A stretch of DNA of 64,000 nucleotides from Anthoceros angustus (Eukaryota; Plantae; Anthocerotophyta), in assembly GCA_010909165.1 (NCBI GenBank), contig MU008190.1, positions 186,001-250,000 on the forward strand, in the 5' to 3' direction. Below the pieces are notes generated by a model that had not been told where the DNA came from, did no database searches, and was given only the letters and a program-made list of their open reading frames with translations. Both the position numbers and the translations under genes were made by a program. This document shows, one piece after another, positions 23,490 to 37,214 of this stretch; within the stretch, counting starts at the first letter, position 1; each line of letters begins with the position of its first letter.

Positions 23490-25651
23490 ATGGCCCAGGC
23501 CCAGCCTCACCCCAACGGCATGGAGGTGTACAAGCGGCGCGAGAAGGAGGCGCTGGACTTCATCGAAACCGTCACCATCACCGCCAAGGAGGTGCAGGAC
23601 CAGGTGCTGTCCGCCATTCTCACCCGCAACGCCCACACCGAGTATCTTCAGCGCTACGGGCTCAACGGTAGAGTTGACAAGGACTCCTTCAAGCGCCTGC
23701 TGCCCCTCATCACCTACGAGGACCTGCAGCCCGAAATCCAGCGCATTGCAAACGGGGACACCTCCCCCATTCTGTCGGCGCAGCCCATCTCCGAGTTCCT
23801 CACCAGGTAAGCACCGTGTCCTCTGGGACCCATCACTGCTGCAACCCATCCATCCGTCCATCCATCCATCCAATCCACACTTGACTGTCAAACTCACGCT
23901 GCCACACATCCTGCCAACGAACTGCCGCAGCTCTGGGACGTCGGCTGGGGAGCGCAAGCTGATGCCCACCATTTCGGAGGAATTCGAGAGGCGAACGCTG
24001 CTCTACAGCCTGCTCATGCCCGTCATGAACCAGTGAGAGTGCATTTGCTTTCGCAATGTCTCAACCAACTTTGTGACCCAAAATTGCCTGCTTCCCATGA
24101 ACTGACTCACACACTTGTGTTGTGGGCGATGGATCTGACTGAACCAGGTACCTGGCGGATCTGGACAAGGGGAAAGGCATGTTCTTTCTCTTCATCCGCC
24201 CGGAGGCGAAGACGCCGGGCGGGCTGCTGGCCAGGCCGGTGCTGACCAGCTACTACAAGAGCCCATACTTCACGCTGCGGCCATACGACCCCTACAACGT
24301 GCTCACATCGCCCAACGAGGTGGTGCTGTGCCCGGACGCGCACCAGACCATGTACTGCCACCTCATATGCGGGCTGCTGCAGCGGAGCGAGGTGCTGCGG
24401 ATGGGAGCCGTGTTCGCCTCGGGCTTCCTCCGCGCCATCCGGTACCTGGAGGAGCACTGGCCGGAGCTGGTGGAGGACATCCGGCTGGGCCGGCTGAGCG
24501 ACCTGGTGACGGATCTGGCGGCCCGGGCGGCGGTGGAACAGCTGCTGGGCGGGCAGCCCCGGCCGGAGCTGGCGGAGGCCATCCGCCGGGAGTGCGCCGC
24601 CTCCAGCTGGCAGGGCATCATCTCCCGCCTCTGGCCCAACACCAAGTACATCGAGGTGGTGATTACGGGGACCATGGCGCAGTACATCCCCACCCTGGAC
24701 TACTACAGCGGCGGCCTACCCCTGGCCAGCACCATGTACGCCTCCTCCGAGTGCTACTTCGGCATCAACCTCAAGCCCCTCTGCCATCCCTCCGAGGTCA
24801 CCTACACCCTGCTGCCCAACATGTGCTACTACGAGTTCCTCCCCGTCAAGCGCAGCCACGACATCCAGGACCTGGCCTCGGACTCCGACTTCACCTCCCG
24901 CGCCGACGCCCTCCAGCTCGTCGAGCTCCACGACGTCCAGATCGGCCTCGAGTACGAGCTCGTCCTCACCACCTACGCTGGTAAGCCTTGCATTGCATTC
25001 CCAGGCCTCCAGGTCATGGAATCCTTTCAAGAGCTATCGTAATGGCTGTGGGCACTGACTTTGACGCCTGCTCCTGCTCCTGCTCCAGGCCTGTATCGTT
25101 ACCGGGTGGGAGATGTGCTCAGAGTGACGGGGTTCCACAACAACGCGCCCCAGTTCCACTTCGTGTGCCGGAAGAACGTGGTGCTCAGCATCGACGCCGA
25201 CAAGACGGATGAGGAGGATCTGCACACGGCGGTGGAGAACGCGGTCAGGCAACATCTGCAGCCGGAGGGGGCTCGCCTCATCGAGTACACCAGCTACGCC
25301 GACACGTCCTCCATCCCCGGCCACTACGTCATCTACTGGGAGCTCAGGGCGGACAAGAAACTGACGCCGCAGCTGTTCCAGGAATGCTGCTTCACCATGG
25401 AGGAGTCTCTGGATGTCATCTACAGGGCGGGGAGGGTGGAGGGATCCGTGGGGCCGCTGGAGATCAGGGTGGTGAAGCCCGGGACCTTCGATGCTTTGAT
25501 GGATTACGCTCTCACCCGCGGGGCTTCCATCAACCAGTACAAGACGCCCAGGTGTGTGAAGTTCAATCCCATCGTGGAGCTGCTCAATGCGCGCGTCTCC
25601 TCCAGCTATTTCAGCCCCCGGCTGCCGCATTGGGTGTCGTTTAGGCCTTGA
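23490..25651 (+). CDS. GH3: GH3 group II IAA-amido synthetase (604 aa; exons 23490-23806, 23931-24032, 24148-24980, 25089-25651)
   Basis: Motifs [64 protein letters not shown]. All introns GT-AG and phases consistent. Confidence 0.97.
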
Positions 25652-27225
25652 TTAATGGGTTTCATCTTATGGGGGGATCATCAAGGCGTCCGCCTGTGAT
25701 CGATGCTGGAGATCATCGAACTCTGACGCACGCTCACCTGCTGCTGCTGCTGGGGTCCACTTCGGGTAGTCAGGAGCGCATGGCCATAGAAATAAGAGGC
25801 AGCCACGTTTTGGTCAAGGGGTCTGCTATGTCGACGTCGTGCACACATCAGGCAGGCCTCTTGAAGCTGACATCGACACGGCAACCTTAACAAGAAGGAG
25901 AAAAGGGTTGTAAGTATTTTTGCCGATCGACTTGCAGAGCTCTGTGGCTGCTGTGGCTTCTGGGGGGAAGGGTTTCACTCACCTCCGGCGACTCGGAAAC
26001 TCTTTTCTGCTCCACGATCTTCACAAAAGGCCAGTGTCGCAGGTATAATGCATCCCTTAGTAGTAGTGGAGAAAGCCTTAAGTCATGCTGGGCCTCATTC
26101 GTGGGCACTTTTCTTTCACTAGTTTCAGAGACTGTCCCCGGCTGGCATGATAGGAAGCAGTTCTAAAGGAGACCGATGCCGGTTCCTTGTGATCAAGAAA
26201 CTGATCAATTTTGTACACATACTCACTCTTGTACCATACCCAGTCTCTACAAGGCTCCCTTCAATTCATAGCTTCAAACAACTTCGTAGCCTGCTGGGGG
26301 AGCAGTTTCTGAAGGGGAATACCAAGGCCAGGAAGACTCAGTCCACGAACAGACTGAGGGAGGAGCATCCGGGGGAGACGGAGGCCCAGATGGGTATCCA
26401 GCTCCTGCAACTGGGTGCACGTGAGGAGGAGGAGGTCACGAGAGACTGGATCGGTTCATGTCCGTGGTAGGGTCCCATCCATCGACACACTCTGTGTTGC
26501 GTAAGAGCGCATTGATTCGCCATGTTACTCATCCAAGACTTGCATGTGTTGTTCATCATCATTGCAATCCGTATCCTTGCTAGCATCACTGCCTGGTCGT
26601 TGAAGGCAAGGCGGGCCCGAGGACGGCATTACACGTAAGTGTCTCACAAAGAGGGAACAGCTTGTTTGCGTCCTACCAACGGTGAGGTGAGGTGCTGATC
26701 TTATGGGGCCTTCCAGATTCTGACTCCACCTACCTTCCACTTGCCAGCCATTTCGGCAAGGACATCTTGGCAGCAACTGTGCGAAATGGCATTGGGCTCA
26801 CCAGTCGGTATTCGTCAACTTTGGGGTCGCTCTGCTTGCATGCAACTTTTCTTTCTGCTGGAGATCTCCGCATCAGCATCTGTGGTAAGAGAGCCCACCA
26901 CGTTATTGCTTCTACATGCAGAGGTGTGAGGTGTGGGTCTTTCGTGTTCAAGGCCCCGCATCGGCTTGGACAGATACAGCGATCCGCCAATCTCTCATCA
27001 CGTGGTGCAGGCAAGCATGTAGCCTCATTGCTCGCATAGCGCGCTTCCTTGTCAGACGCACAACTTCCAAGCCCAGTGGAGGAAGGGTTTACGTTCAGCT
27101 TGAGAAGAGGTCCCAACTTGCTTTTTCGAAAGGGGTCAATTTCGACCATAGGACATCCAGGAACACAGCAAGTGGCAGAGAATGCACTTTTTTTCCTTCC
27201 TTGAGATCTTCTTGACGTCACAATG

Positions 27226-28999
27226 CTATCGGAAAGAATATGTTTGGAACTGATACCCCCGGCGTCCTTCAGTTGTTACTTTCAGTTCCAGCTTTTGGAA
27301 GGGACTGCAGGCAGAACAATCAGAACGAGTGGAGTAAGTACCATCTCACCCAACAGAATCTGCTTGTTCAATTCAACAAAAAGCCAGCCTAAGTGAACCA
27401 GCTTCGTTTGTAGGAGGAGCGGATGCATACCTGCTGTGGGGATCATAGTAGTACCCACTGACTGAGCCATCAGAGCGGCAGAAACAGACGTAGTAGAATC
27501 CCGCTATGGTCAATCCACAATCTGCACCAACGTTGACAAAAAATTTCTCCTTCCATCTCTGTATGTATGGACAGAAAGAATGAGCTGATTTTCAAAAGGA
27601 AACGGCACGCTGAACTGGCTTAAGGGGCAGAAACACTGTGACGGAGGTCTTTGTCACTCACATCAAACACACGCGCAGACAAGAACCCAGAACATACCAT
27701 GAAGATATAGGGGTAATTTGCAAGATCCAGTGAACGCCCAGAGTCCTGTTGCACTGCTTCCTGAAGGACGGTTCAACATACACCGACCAGTAACGGTTTG
27801 TAAGCTACATCTTTCGTGCCTAGGCTTGTATACAAGCCAAGCAGTAGCCACAAGCAGTGTCCCACGTAGACTTGTCTCACTAGAAAGGACTCACCCGGAA
27901 AGGTTCGAAGGAAGGGAACTTGGACCAGTGCTCCACATCCACGTCACGCCTGTGGAACGAACAACAGGCGTCAAATCAAACCACCTCACCTCGGAGTCGT
28001 TCACAACAAAGCTATGCAGGACTTTGACACACACTCACGATGCATCCCACTGGCCAGTGTAAAACCAGTAGTTCTTGTTGTCAACAATTTGACCTTCCCA
28101 GAACGTCACCACCTGCATATCAAGCCACAATTCCGGTCGTCAGCCTCACAGTCACACATGATCTGCCAGCCACAGCAACATAGGGTTTTTCCTACAGGTA
28201 CCAATGAGGTGGAATTTCAAGGTAAATCCTGGACTACTCCCAGTGTTCTTTCAGCGATGGATGCTGGAAAAAAACAAGCTCAAGGGCAAACTCACCCATC
28301 GCGAAATTCGCTGGGAAGCACAGAGCTCACAATCACAAAACCATCCTGGATCTGCCATGCTGCCAAAAAATGCGAAGAGCATCGTGGCATCCACCTTCAC
28401 TTACTGGAATCTCTGCTTGGGGAACATTGAGAGCCTCCATACTGCCGCACAGGTACCCGCGTTGTAGGTCACATCCCTGAATCCGCACGTTGACCTTCCA
28501 CGCCTCATCCTTTGCCCCGCTCGACACATTTTGCGTTCCCGTGAAGGCCTGCACTCAAAGCCACACCACTTGTGATTCCTCCCCCTCGCCCCTCGCCCCT
28601 CGCCCCTCGCCCCTCAGCCCATAAAACGCATTCGGCTCTGCTCTGCTCTCCGACAAAGGGAAGGATTCACAGCCCCAGTGCCAACCAAAACATCTCCCAT
28701 CCGAAAATCTGCCCTAATCCCCCGCTTGCCAGCCCGGCGCACAGCCCCAAACGGACCTGCAACTGCAACGGGACTGGCAGCATGTGCCGGACAGCAAGGC
28801 AGAGCACCACGTACCTGGCCGACGGAGAGGAAGGAGCACGTTTGGAAAAGCGCCTGACCAGGCATGGAAACCGCAAGACGCGCCGGCGGAGGAGCACAAT
28901 TCCTGCCCAGGTGCCACTGCGGCTGCACAGAGGAGGCGTGGCAAGGCCAATTCAGCAGCTGCTGCACGCGGACGATTCTGGACACTCTTGCGCTGGCAT
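27226..28999 (-). CDS. GID4: GID4/Vid24 substrate receptor of the GID/CTLH E3 ligase; multi-exon, start exon uncertain
   Basis: Spliced peptide CSFLSVGQ|AFTGTQNVS..EAWKVNVRIQGCDL..GYLCGSMEALNVP|VVTFWEGQIVD|..HWSKFPSF|..LDLANYPYIFM|RWKEKFFVNVGADCGLTIAGFYYVCF..YYDPHS|PFQKLEL..SFR*. Confidence 0.92.
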
Positions 29000-29368
29000 C
29001 GGTAAAATCTCCATAGCGAAAATGGGGTCAACGAGCTGCCAGCGTTTTAAATTCGGAAGAAGCCTTCCCGTTCCTTGCCCACATCGACGTCCGTTTAACC
29101 ATGGGTAGGAAAGGAAGGGGGGCGGCCAACAGTTTTCTCTTCTCACGAGGGCACGCCCACAATACATCCGTACACGGCATCAACGCCACCTACTCCCAGC
29201 ATCAGCCAACCAGCAGCACCCTGCTCTGCATCCTGATTGCCCTAGTACCTTCCTTGTCAACAAGGGCCAGGTGCACCACCTTCCTTCTTGTACTTGCCTA
29301 TCTTCACATACATATAAATGTTTGCTACCGACAGCCCATGGTCATGCTTATGGGTGATCGGGTTAGCT

Positions 29369-31589
29369 TCATGCCCCGAAAACTTGGAAGGAGGGGAGGG
29401 TTGGAGAGGTGACCTCCATCACAATCCTTGAATTGAAGAGGACGACATCAGCAGAGGCCTTGAGGCACCTCGGGGTCTTGTACTGGCTATGGGTTGCACC
29501 TCGGGCAACTGCACCAGCTAATAGGAGGTCAAAAGTGCCTGACTCCACAACTCTCAGAGTCAGAGGTGCGATGAAGCCTTCGTTCCTGTTTCTTCTGTAC
29601 GTGAAGCCTAGAGAGTTTTCCAATTTTTCACAGCATTGCTCCAGGACGGACAGTGGGACTTCCTGGTGTGAGAGCTCCCAGAAGATTACATAGCGGCCTG
29701 GAGTGGTGGAGACGTCAACGTAACTCGAGTAGTCGGTCATGTTGATGCTCCTGCGCTGTTTTAGAAGGAGGGCAGCTGCCCCCACAGCTGCCAGCAGCTC
29801 ACTTTCCGTTGTTTTATCTGTATCCACGCTGAGAACCAAATTCCTTCGTTCTACGAACTGGAATTCAGGAATGTGGTTGTAAAACCTTGCCACCCTCAGG
29901 CAATCTTCCATTCTGTAGCGATACAGTCCTGCCCATCCAAGAAAACGTCGCAAGTTATGAGTTCATGCAATGAGGGGCAATGTGACATGGCTTTGAGACA
30001 TGTGGAATGACTGGCTCACCAGCGTGGGTCGTCACCACTACTTCGTACAACTTCCCCAGCTTCACGCCTGTGATGTCAACCGTCCTGGTAGCATGGTCCG
30101 AACTCTCTGTGCTGTCCGACTCCGACTGAACACTGGCTTGCTCCTCTGCTTGCCCCACATCTTCCGTGATGGGCAGAAACTCGAAGTACATCATGAATGG
30201 CAGTAGGGTGTAGGCCACGTCCTCTGGAGGACAAGCTGGTCTTAAGTTTGTCCCAAGAAATCCCTCTGAAGAAGCGTAAGTCATCGACACGATCGGGATG
30301 TTTCCCAAGTAGCCTCGCAGGAGTGGCAAGTAGGCAGCCATGCTTCCCGTGACTATGCTTTCCGCCAGTATCATGTTGGGCCACAGCTCCGCAATAATGC
30401 CATCCCACTTCGGTCTGCACCAGTCGTAAAAATGACATCTCAAGTCAGAACACTGCCGGGACCCGGCTGCTTGCTTGTATGTAAATGTATGTAACCGCCG
30501 ACAATGAGGCGGCCACACACCTACCGGCCAGAGCAGATGGATTCAACACGATCGGCCAGGTCCGGATTGGGGCCACCCATCAGCCTTTCCACTGCCTCTC
30601 TGACAGCAGGATCCTGAACATTGTCATTCAGCTTGCCCTGTCGAATATCCCAACAGAGCTGCTGCCAGCTTTTCTCCAGGTACTGCAAGGCTCTTGCAAG
30701 ACTAGGGGCAAACAGTGACCCTATTCTTACAACCTCCTTGAACTGTACCAATCCACAAAGCCAGTGGCAGTAGAGCATTTGGTTGTCTTTCTCAGGAGTG
30801 AGAATAACTTCGCCTGGACTGGTCACGGTCTTGGCGAAGGAGGCAAGAGGTCCTCTTCCAGAGAAAATAGATCTCAGAAGACTAGCTGTCACAGGCTGAG
30901 CAACTAGCCCGCCTCTTGTCTCCTCTGCTGGTCTCACACCATAGAAGTAGAGGCCCTTACCACCCTTAGCCAAATCTGGATACGCCCTGTCAACACATCA
31001 GACAGACCCACATAAATTCCACGCCCCCATTTTCAGTCCCTGTCCCAACAATGACAAAAGCCCGCAAACTCACAAAGTAGTCACCACGCTGGTGACTGAT
31101 GAGAAGACCATTTTCCTAAGACTGTCGCTCTCCACGGTCGGGTAAAACTTCCTTTCTCCGCCCGAAGTTCCAGAGCTAGCAAAAAACAGCACAGGAGCAG
31201 CTCAACTTACCTCTGCAGTGTCACTTTCTGTCACATCACATTGTCAAGCAGATGCAGAACTGTCCATTTGAAGCAGCTCACCTTGTGTGAAGCTCCACAA
31301 TCCGACCTGAGCACAGGATGGGCGACTCCTCAGAGTTCTCCCCATCAGCAATACGGTACAGGTCCTCCTTAATCGATTCATAATCACTCAGCGGCACACA
31401 GGACTTGAAGGACTCCACGTCGGTCCTCCCGTCCAGTCCATACCTTGCCAGATACTGGCAATGCGCATTCTCCTTCAGGATTGAAGCCAAAACTTCCTGC
31501 TGGACCTTCCCTGGGTTGTGGGTGATGAAGCTGATGTATTCCAGTACGCCCTCGGGTGAGTCAAGGCTGGGCAACGACTGTCCGCTCAT
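29369..31589 (-). CDS. GH3: Divergent GH3 acyl-acid amido synthetase 'GH3-2' (608 aa; exons 31589-31282, 31175-31074, 30986-30525, 30414-30020, 29928-29369)
   Basis: ELHTSSGTSGGERK, YASSEGFLG, LYRYRMEDCL, QYKTPRCL. Intact spliced ORF. Confidence 0.93.
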
Positions 31590-31941
31590 CCTGCCTGCTC
31601 TGAAAACTTACTCAACCAACACCAACAGTAGAAGACTCTACACTAAACTCCCGGCTCCAGCAGCCTGTGACAAACTGCCCCCTCCTGGGCCCGGAACTGC
31701 AATCGTCTTCTCTGGCTCTGACTGAGCTCACGTCACGTGGGCCATACGTTAGCTAAGGACATTAACGAGCCAAAACGACTAGCTGTCGCCCCCAGGTTTG
31801 GCAGCTGGCACAAAAGTTGCTGCTTAATTTCCGCCCATCACATTCCCATCGCTTCATTCCATGCTCGCAAGCCAGTGCTACCTGTACAACTTGCAACATG
31901 CCATTGGCTTAAACATCCACAGCATGCGAGCCAGTATCTAT

Positions 31942-34900
31942 CAGGGTGTCGATTTGACCGAGTACTATCTCAGTCCCCGGGACCGCCTAGCCTGGCTACG
32001 CTCGGTCCCAGACCGAGCATGGACCGTGCCTTTTTGCCACACTTGGTCACTAAATATAATAAATATTAAATAAATAATTTATAAATAATAATATAAAATA
32101 CAAATGTCTAGTATATTCTATCGTCGGGGCTGGTCTTTCCAAGCTTTAAAAATACCATTCTAATCTATCTCCTTAACAGGCGGACCATTGATGGATATAC
32201 TCATCAATGCATCAAGGGTCAAAATATTAAGATTAGTTCTCATGTTATTCATCACAAAGTTTTGTTTAGAAAATCCCCGCTCACATATAGCATTACTACA
32301 AGGTATGACCAAACATAATTCCCAAAGACGTAACATAGAGGGTGTCGGTACTACCCACTCCGAGTTGTTGAGTATATTTTGTAAGTGCTAACATACTCAA
32401 TCCAAAGACAAGAAGACTTCAAGATGGACACAAATGTTAGCAACTCACTTGACACACCTCATCAACTACAAAGGGTCGACAACATTAGTATTTGCATCCA
32501 AAGAGTTAGTTCCAAACTTTTCAACAATACCTCTAACAAACTATTAACTAATCAGATACGCTCATCGCATCTTCGGGATAAAATTTAGGGTGAATACGAC
32601 AAGCATGCAACACACAAAGATCGAAACTTATTATTCACTGCATCAACAACTAAAGCATATTTGTTAGCACTAGCAATGCAAGAACTTAGTTCACTTTCAG
32701 AGTAGTCAGATATTACAAAACCCTCATACACTCCATGACTTTTTTTCAAGTTTTCAATGAAAGAGAAAAGCTTTCTACTTCCCATACTCACCCTATCAAC
32801 TTTATACATACTTTTGACCTGTTCAACAACAGAATCTATGAGGGGAGCTATGCTAACTGGCTCCAGATAATCACGTTGAAAGTTAGTATTCAAGGAATTA
32901 AGGACCTCTAAAATATCTGATAAAAAGTGAAATGAAAACAAGGCCTTAGTAGTTAGTAAAGCTTGGAAGAGTCTTCCCGCAAAGAAGAAGAACTACTTGG
33001 ACCCTTATTGGCTTTTGGCCAATTTAGGCTCTCATCCTCTTGAGCAAATTTAAGTAAAGTTGGTAATAGACAAACTATTCTACTCATGGCTTGACCTCTA
33101 GACAACCAACGGACATCATGAATTCCTGATTCAGTTAAGACTTGCATTTCTAATTGCACTTGCAATTCACGCAAAGCCGTAGTCTTCTTACTTGAATGAT
33201 GAAGAGAAGCGTGCAATTTCTTGACAATCTTGTCCGCCACCTCAAAGTCGGAACCTTGGATCGCCTCTGCAAGCGCCGTCTGAGCAACACAATGAGTTTG
33301 AGCAAAATACGGATTCACATTCGCGAACTTCACAACATTGTGATCTCTTGGCCTTCCCCTTGCCAATCATGACGATGCTCCATCGCTTGCAAATCCACTC
33401 ATTTTTTTGATGTCCAGATCAAAGAGTTGCAATTGCTCAACCAAGGCGTTGAAGATCCCTTCCGCACGTGCACTTGTTATGTTGGCTTGGCTTCAAAACT
33501 CCGTTCGTCATCCCATTATGCAAATAATACACATAAATAATTATGTGTTGCACCATCGCCTTGTCTCCCCTCATCTATGAGTATCCCCATACCATGGACT
33601 TGCACGCAACCTCTCCTTCATTGTTCGTAAAAATTGGCTATGAGAACCACATGCTCCTTGCAAGCACTATCGTAAGATATGAACCATATGTCTTCACCTG
33701 GAATGCCTTCCTCCAATATCCCCATGAACTCACAAAGGTCCTCGTACATATGGAAACTCAAATCCTTCTTAGCAATGAAATAAGCGAACTTCAACAAGTT
33801 GAGAATCTCCTTATCCTTTTGGAAAAATGCATTTCAAAGTTCGTTGCATGGTTGGTTGTTGAGCCTTGGCTTGGCTTGCTCCATCTTGATGGCTAAATGA
33901 TATGTACTCCTTGCATGGTCCTCCAATGCACTCTTCCGAAAGTTCGACCAACTTTTACCCAAGCTTGAGTCGTGACCTTAGCTTGTCCCACTACACCATG
34001 ACCATGTTTTTCACAAACAACACAAAACATTCGATTCTCTCCATTGATTGAGCGCAACTCCACCCAATGAAATGCAACCTTCCATTCTTCCTTGAAGACT
34101 CTTGCCTTTTGCACCTTTTGTCTCTTTTGACTCGGTTGGCTTGTTTGGCTATTGTCGCCACTCCTTGTTTGGTCATCACGTGGAGCCCCTCCAAAAAACC
34201 CGGATGCTGAACTTTGAGAAAAATGAGCCATCTTTACCTGCAAATTTTAAAAAATTAATATAGCAAATGAAGAGCCAAAAACAAAGCTTTAAAAGAGAAG
34301 AGCTTAAAAAGAGATGAGCTCAAACAAAATGAACTCTAAACCTAAAGAGCTCAAAAGAGATGAGCTCTAAAAAAAGAGCCCTTACCAAGAAAGAACAACA
34401 AGGAGCAAGGAAGAAGAAAAAGAAGCAAGAAAGAAGAACAACAAGCACACCACAACGAGGAGAGCAACAATGAGTGATGCTCCAAATGCTAGTGTTGTGG
34501 CCTTATGTACTCTTGAAGGGTGTCTATTCATAGCATGATAGGATATGAGTCCTATGTAAGCCTATGGTTGAGATACCATATCTTAGTCCATCTTCATGGA
34601 TGAGCGTGCATATCAACAAATTATTGTATACATTAATAACTACATTCAAAGTAAAATATTACATATCTACTTTGTATAGATGTATCAAAATAAGCTAATA
34701 AAATCTCATAGAATAAAGGCTGTATTAATAGGCCATGGATGGTATTAGATAAATAAAGACATAGCCCATAGATCCATAGTGAGTGTCTTTATGACCATAC
34801 CAATTATAAGATGGGTCCATGTGTCCATAATAAATATAAATCCTTGGATATAAAATTAAGTAATTTACTAATTTTAAACCGGACCTTTTATGAACCCTCG

Positions 34901-35025
34901 GCTCCCGAAAAAAATAGGGGACCGAGGGTGGGGATCGGACTCCTGAAGAATCTCCGGTCCCATGTTTTTTTTAACACATGCCGGGACCGGGACCGAGCTT
35001 GGGATGGGGTCAAAATGACACCCTG
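31942..35025 (-). mobile_element. hAT DNA transposon with decayed transposase
   Basis: 18-bp TIR CAGGGTGTCGATTTGACC / GGTCAAAATGACACCCTG; perfect 8-bp TSD GTATCTAT. Frameshifted minus-strand ORF (~34240-32180) has an FKEEW..FCVVC zinc finger, THCVA, VRWLSR and the CERGFS dimerisation motif. Confidence 0.95.
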
Positions 35026-35181
35026 GTATCTATCTCTTTGTTTGCAAGGGAACCCCATGACCACGAGACTGTATCCCACATTCTTTGAAGGAGGAGTCTG
35101 ACAGGTCAGCCAGGTCAGCGAGGACGGATCCATGGCTGCACCACCATTGACTACTCCGGTATTGAGACAGTATGAAGAATT

Positions 35182-36050
35182 AGAAGAAGAAGAAGTATAT
35201 TAAAGTCCACTAAGGACGGAATGAAAAGATGGGATTGAAAAGATATATATACAGAAAAATGTTGAAGTTTAACCGCTATTTGAATTTCCTAAGTGCTAGT
35301 GCTGTGAAGTAAGTCAAATATTTGGCAGGTTGAAAGACAGGGTATATTTTGCCCTGAAATCCTACATTTGTTTCAAGCAAACACCTATAAGACTAGGGTT
35401 AGGAAAAGAAAAGAAACTTCAAATCAGAGATCGAGCTGCTATGAATAAGTTTACAAAAACATTCCTGATATCCTCGTAAACGGGGCAAACGAAAATAAAG
35501 TGTTCCTCTATCTCAACTTCCCTGTTGCATAACATGCATATTCAGGTCTCCTTAGGTGGCTTAGGATGCAACCCTCTATCAATCTCAATCCTGAGACGGT
35601 GAGACCCCACATGAAAATGACCTATAATCATCATAAGGTTGAAAGACGCATACATGGTTGCGGAGATAGAGCAGAAGCACGGGTCTCCCAGACTTGGAGA
35701 GGATACGGAAAAATTGTTTGTAAGTCTAGAGTTTAGTGGGCAAAGATCCAGAGACAGGAGACCAGGTGTAGGAGAAATAGATGGATTGCAATTCACTACG
35801 AATGGATCTATTGGAAGGAGAGGCAAAAATTGGAAGAGGGGGTGGCTAGGAGACTTTCTGGTCATAAGCCAAGCTTCTCTAGCCAAGCAGAAGATTGAGC
35901 ATATCAGTAAGTCCTGCTACCTATAGAAGTTAACTTTCGAGAGGACTGGAAGGCAACGAGGAGGTACGGGGGAGTGGAGGTGGGGTGATTGGACTGAGCT
36001 TCCTCTAAAGAATAGAGATGGTATAAGAAGTTGATCCCAAGCTGGTATGA
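35182..36050 (-). mobile_element. LINE 3' relic (RTE/RTEX-like)
   Basis: HFHVGSHRLRIE...C..C...EEHFIFVCPVYEDIR C-terminal CCHC region, followed on the minus strand by a (TTC)n-like tail at 35182-35195. Confidence 0.7.
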
Positions 36051-37085
36051 GATGCAAAATCTTTGCATCCCAAGGATAATCCTCATGCATGGAGGGGAGT
36101 TGGAACCCTACTTGCTGCCCTTGTTGGAGGCTACAAACACAGCCTCCCACAAGGCCTGCACAATCTAGTCCTCCGTTTCCTCCCCGGTAAGCAAGTTGAC
36201 ATGGACAACGTCAAAAATCCGTGACAGCGTTCTCCAACAGGGTCACAGATCTTGTGGCTACGTTGAAGGTGACGGGAGTTCCCTATAACTTGACAGGCAT
36301 TAGTTTGCGTTGGGTAGGAATAAAAATATGCAGCATGTTGGTGCACGTCTTAAGAGCTTGCAACGAACGCCGTATGTGGAAGACATAGGGGGAGGATTCA
36401 CCCCTTCAGTGTAATTAAGTTGGCATCGCTGGCAAGATGTCAGTAGGATTACAAAAGCGTGAGACCTGGTTGGACGCTGAGGATTGTGGTGTAAGACTTT
36501 AACGCTCTTCGTTGTTGGGATGACCGATCTTTGCACTCTCCTTATAACAAAGCTAGGAAGGGAGACTTCATAGGTATGCATAGATGGGAAGTCTCATCTA
36601 CACAAGAGAGTGAGGAAGAACCCACTAAAGAGGCCCAGGTCAAGGGCTTTCCCATCGATACCCAATGGCCATTAAGGCTGCAGGTACAACCTACCTCTTC
36701 CACTTGTTCAACGGACATCCATCCCTCATTGAGCATGTGCGCCTAATCGCACTTTGTTTTTAACCGCACGATGCCCGTTCCCTACATGTCATCTTTCAAA
36801 GCTTTTCCATTTTTTTCCTTTCCTATACCTTTCGTCTCTTTCCTCCCAGTTTTTGCAAAGGAAGATTAACCCTAAAACAACTGCACCTATTTTTCAGAAA
36901 ATGTAAGCTTTTTGATTTCCGATTTTTCTCCGGCTCTGTAGTTTAACAGTCCGGTAAACATCGTATAAGATTGTTAGGATTAACAATAAACCTCCTGTCA
37001 CTCAATGCAACCACTTAGGCTTTAAGGCAATGCAGCGTCCTTAAAATAAGCAAAGTTGGTTGCCCATTCGCCCATGTCCGCGTCC

Positions 37086-37213
37086 TTAAAAGTAAGTTCT
37101 TTTGTGATGCTAATAAAAGTTTTGTTATTTTGTTAAAAGTAAGTTCTTTTGTGATGCTAATAAAAGTTTTGTTATTTTGTTAAAAGTAAGTTCTTTTGTG
37201 ATGCTAATAAAAG
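37086..37213. repeat. 47-bp tandem repeat, 2.7 copies
   Basis: TTAAAAGTAAGTTCTTTTGTGATGCTAATAAAAGTTTTGTTATTTTG at 37086, 37133 and 37180. Confidence 0.95.
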
Positions 37214-37214
37214 A

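Noticed and set aside
23394-25630. Antisense and alternate-frame ORFs over GH3-1 (likewise over PARP and the other GH3s)
   Set aside because: Shadows of the real coding sequence's codon bias.
25860-27220. ORFs of 100-160 aa between GH3-1 and GID4
   Set aside because: No recognisable motifs; probably UTR or intergenic DNA.
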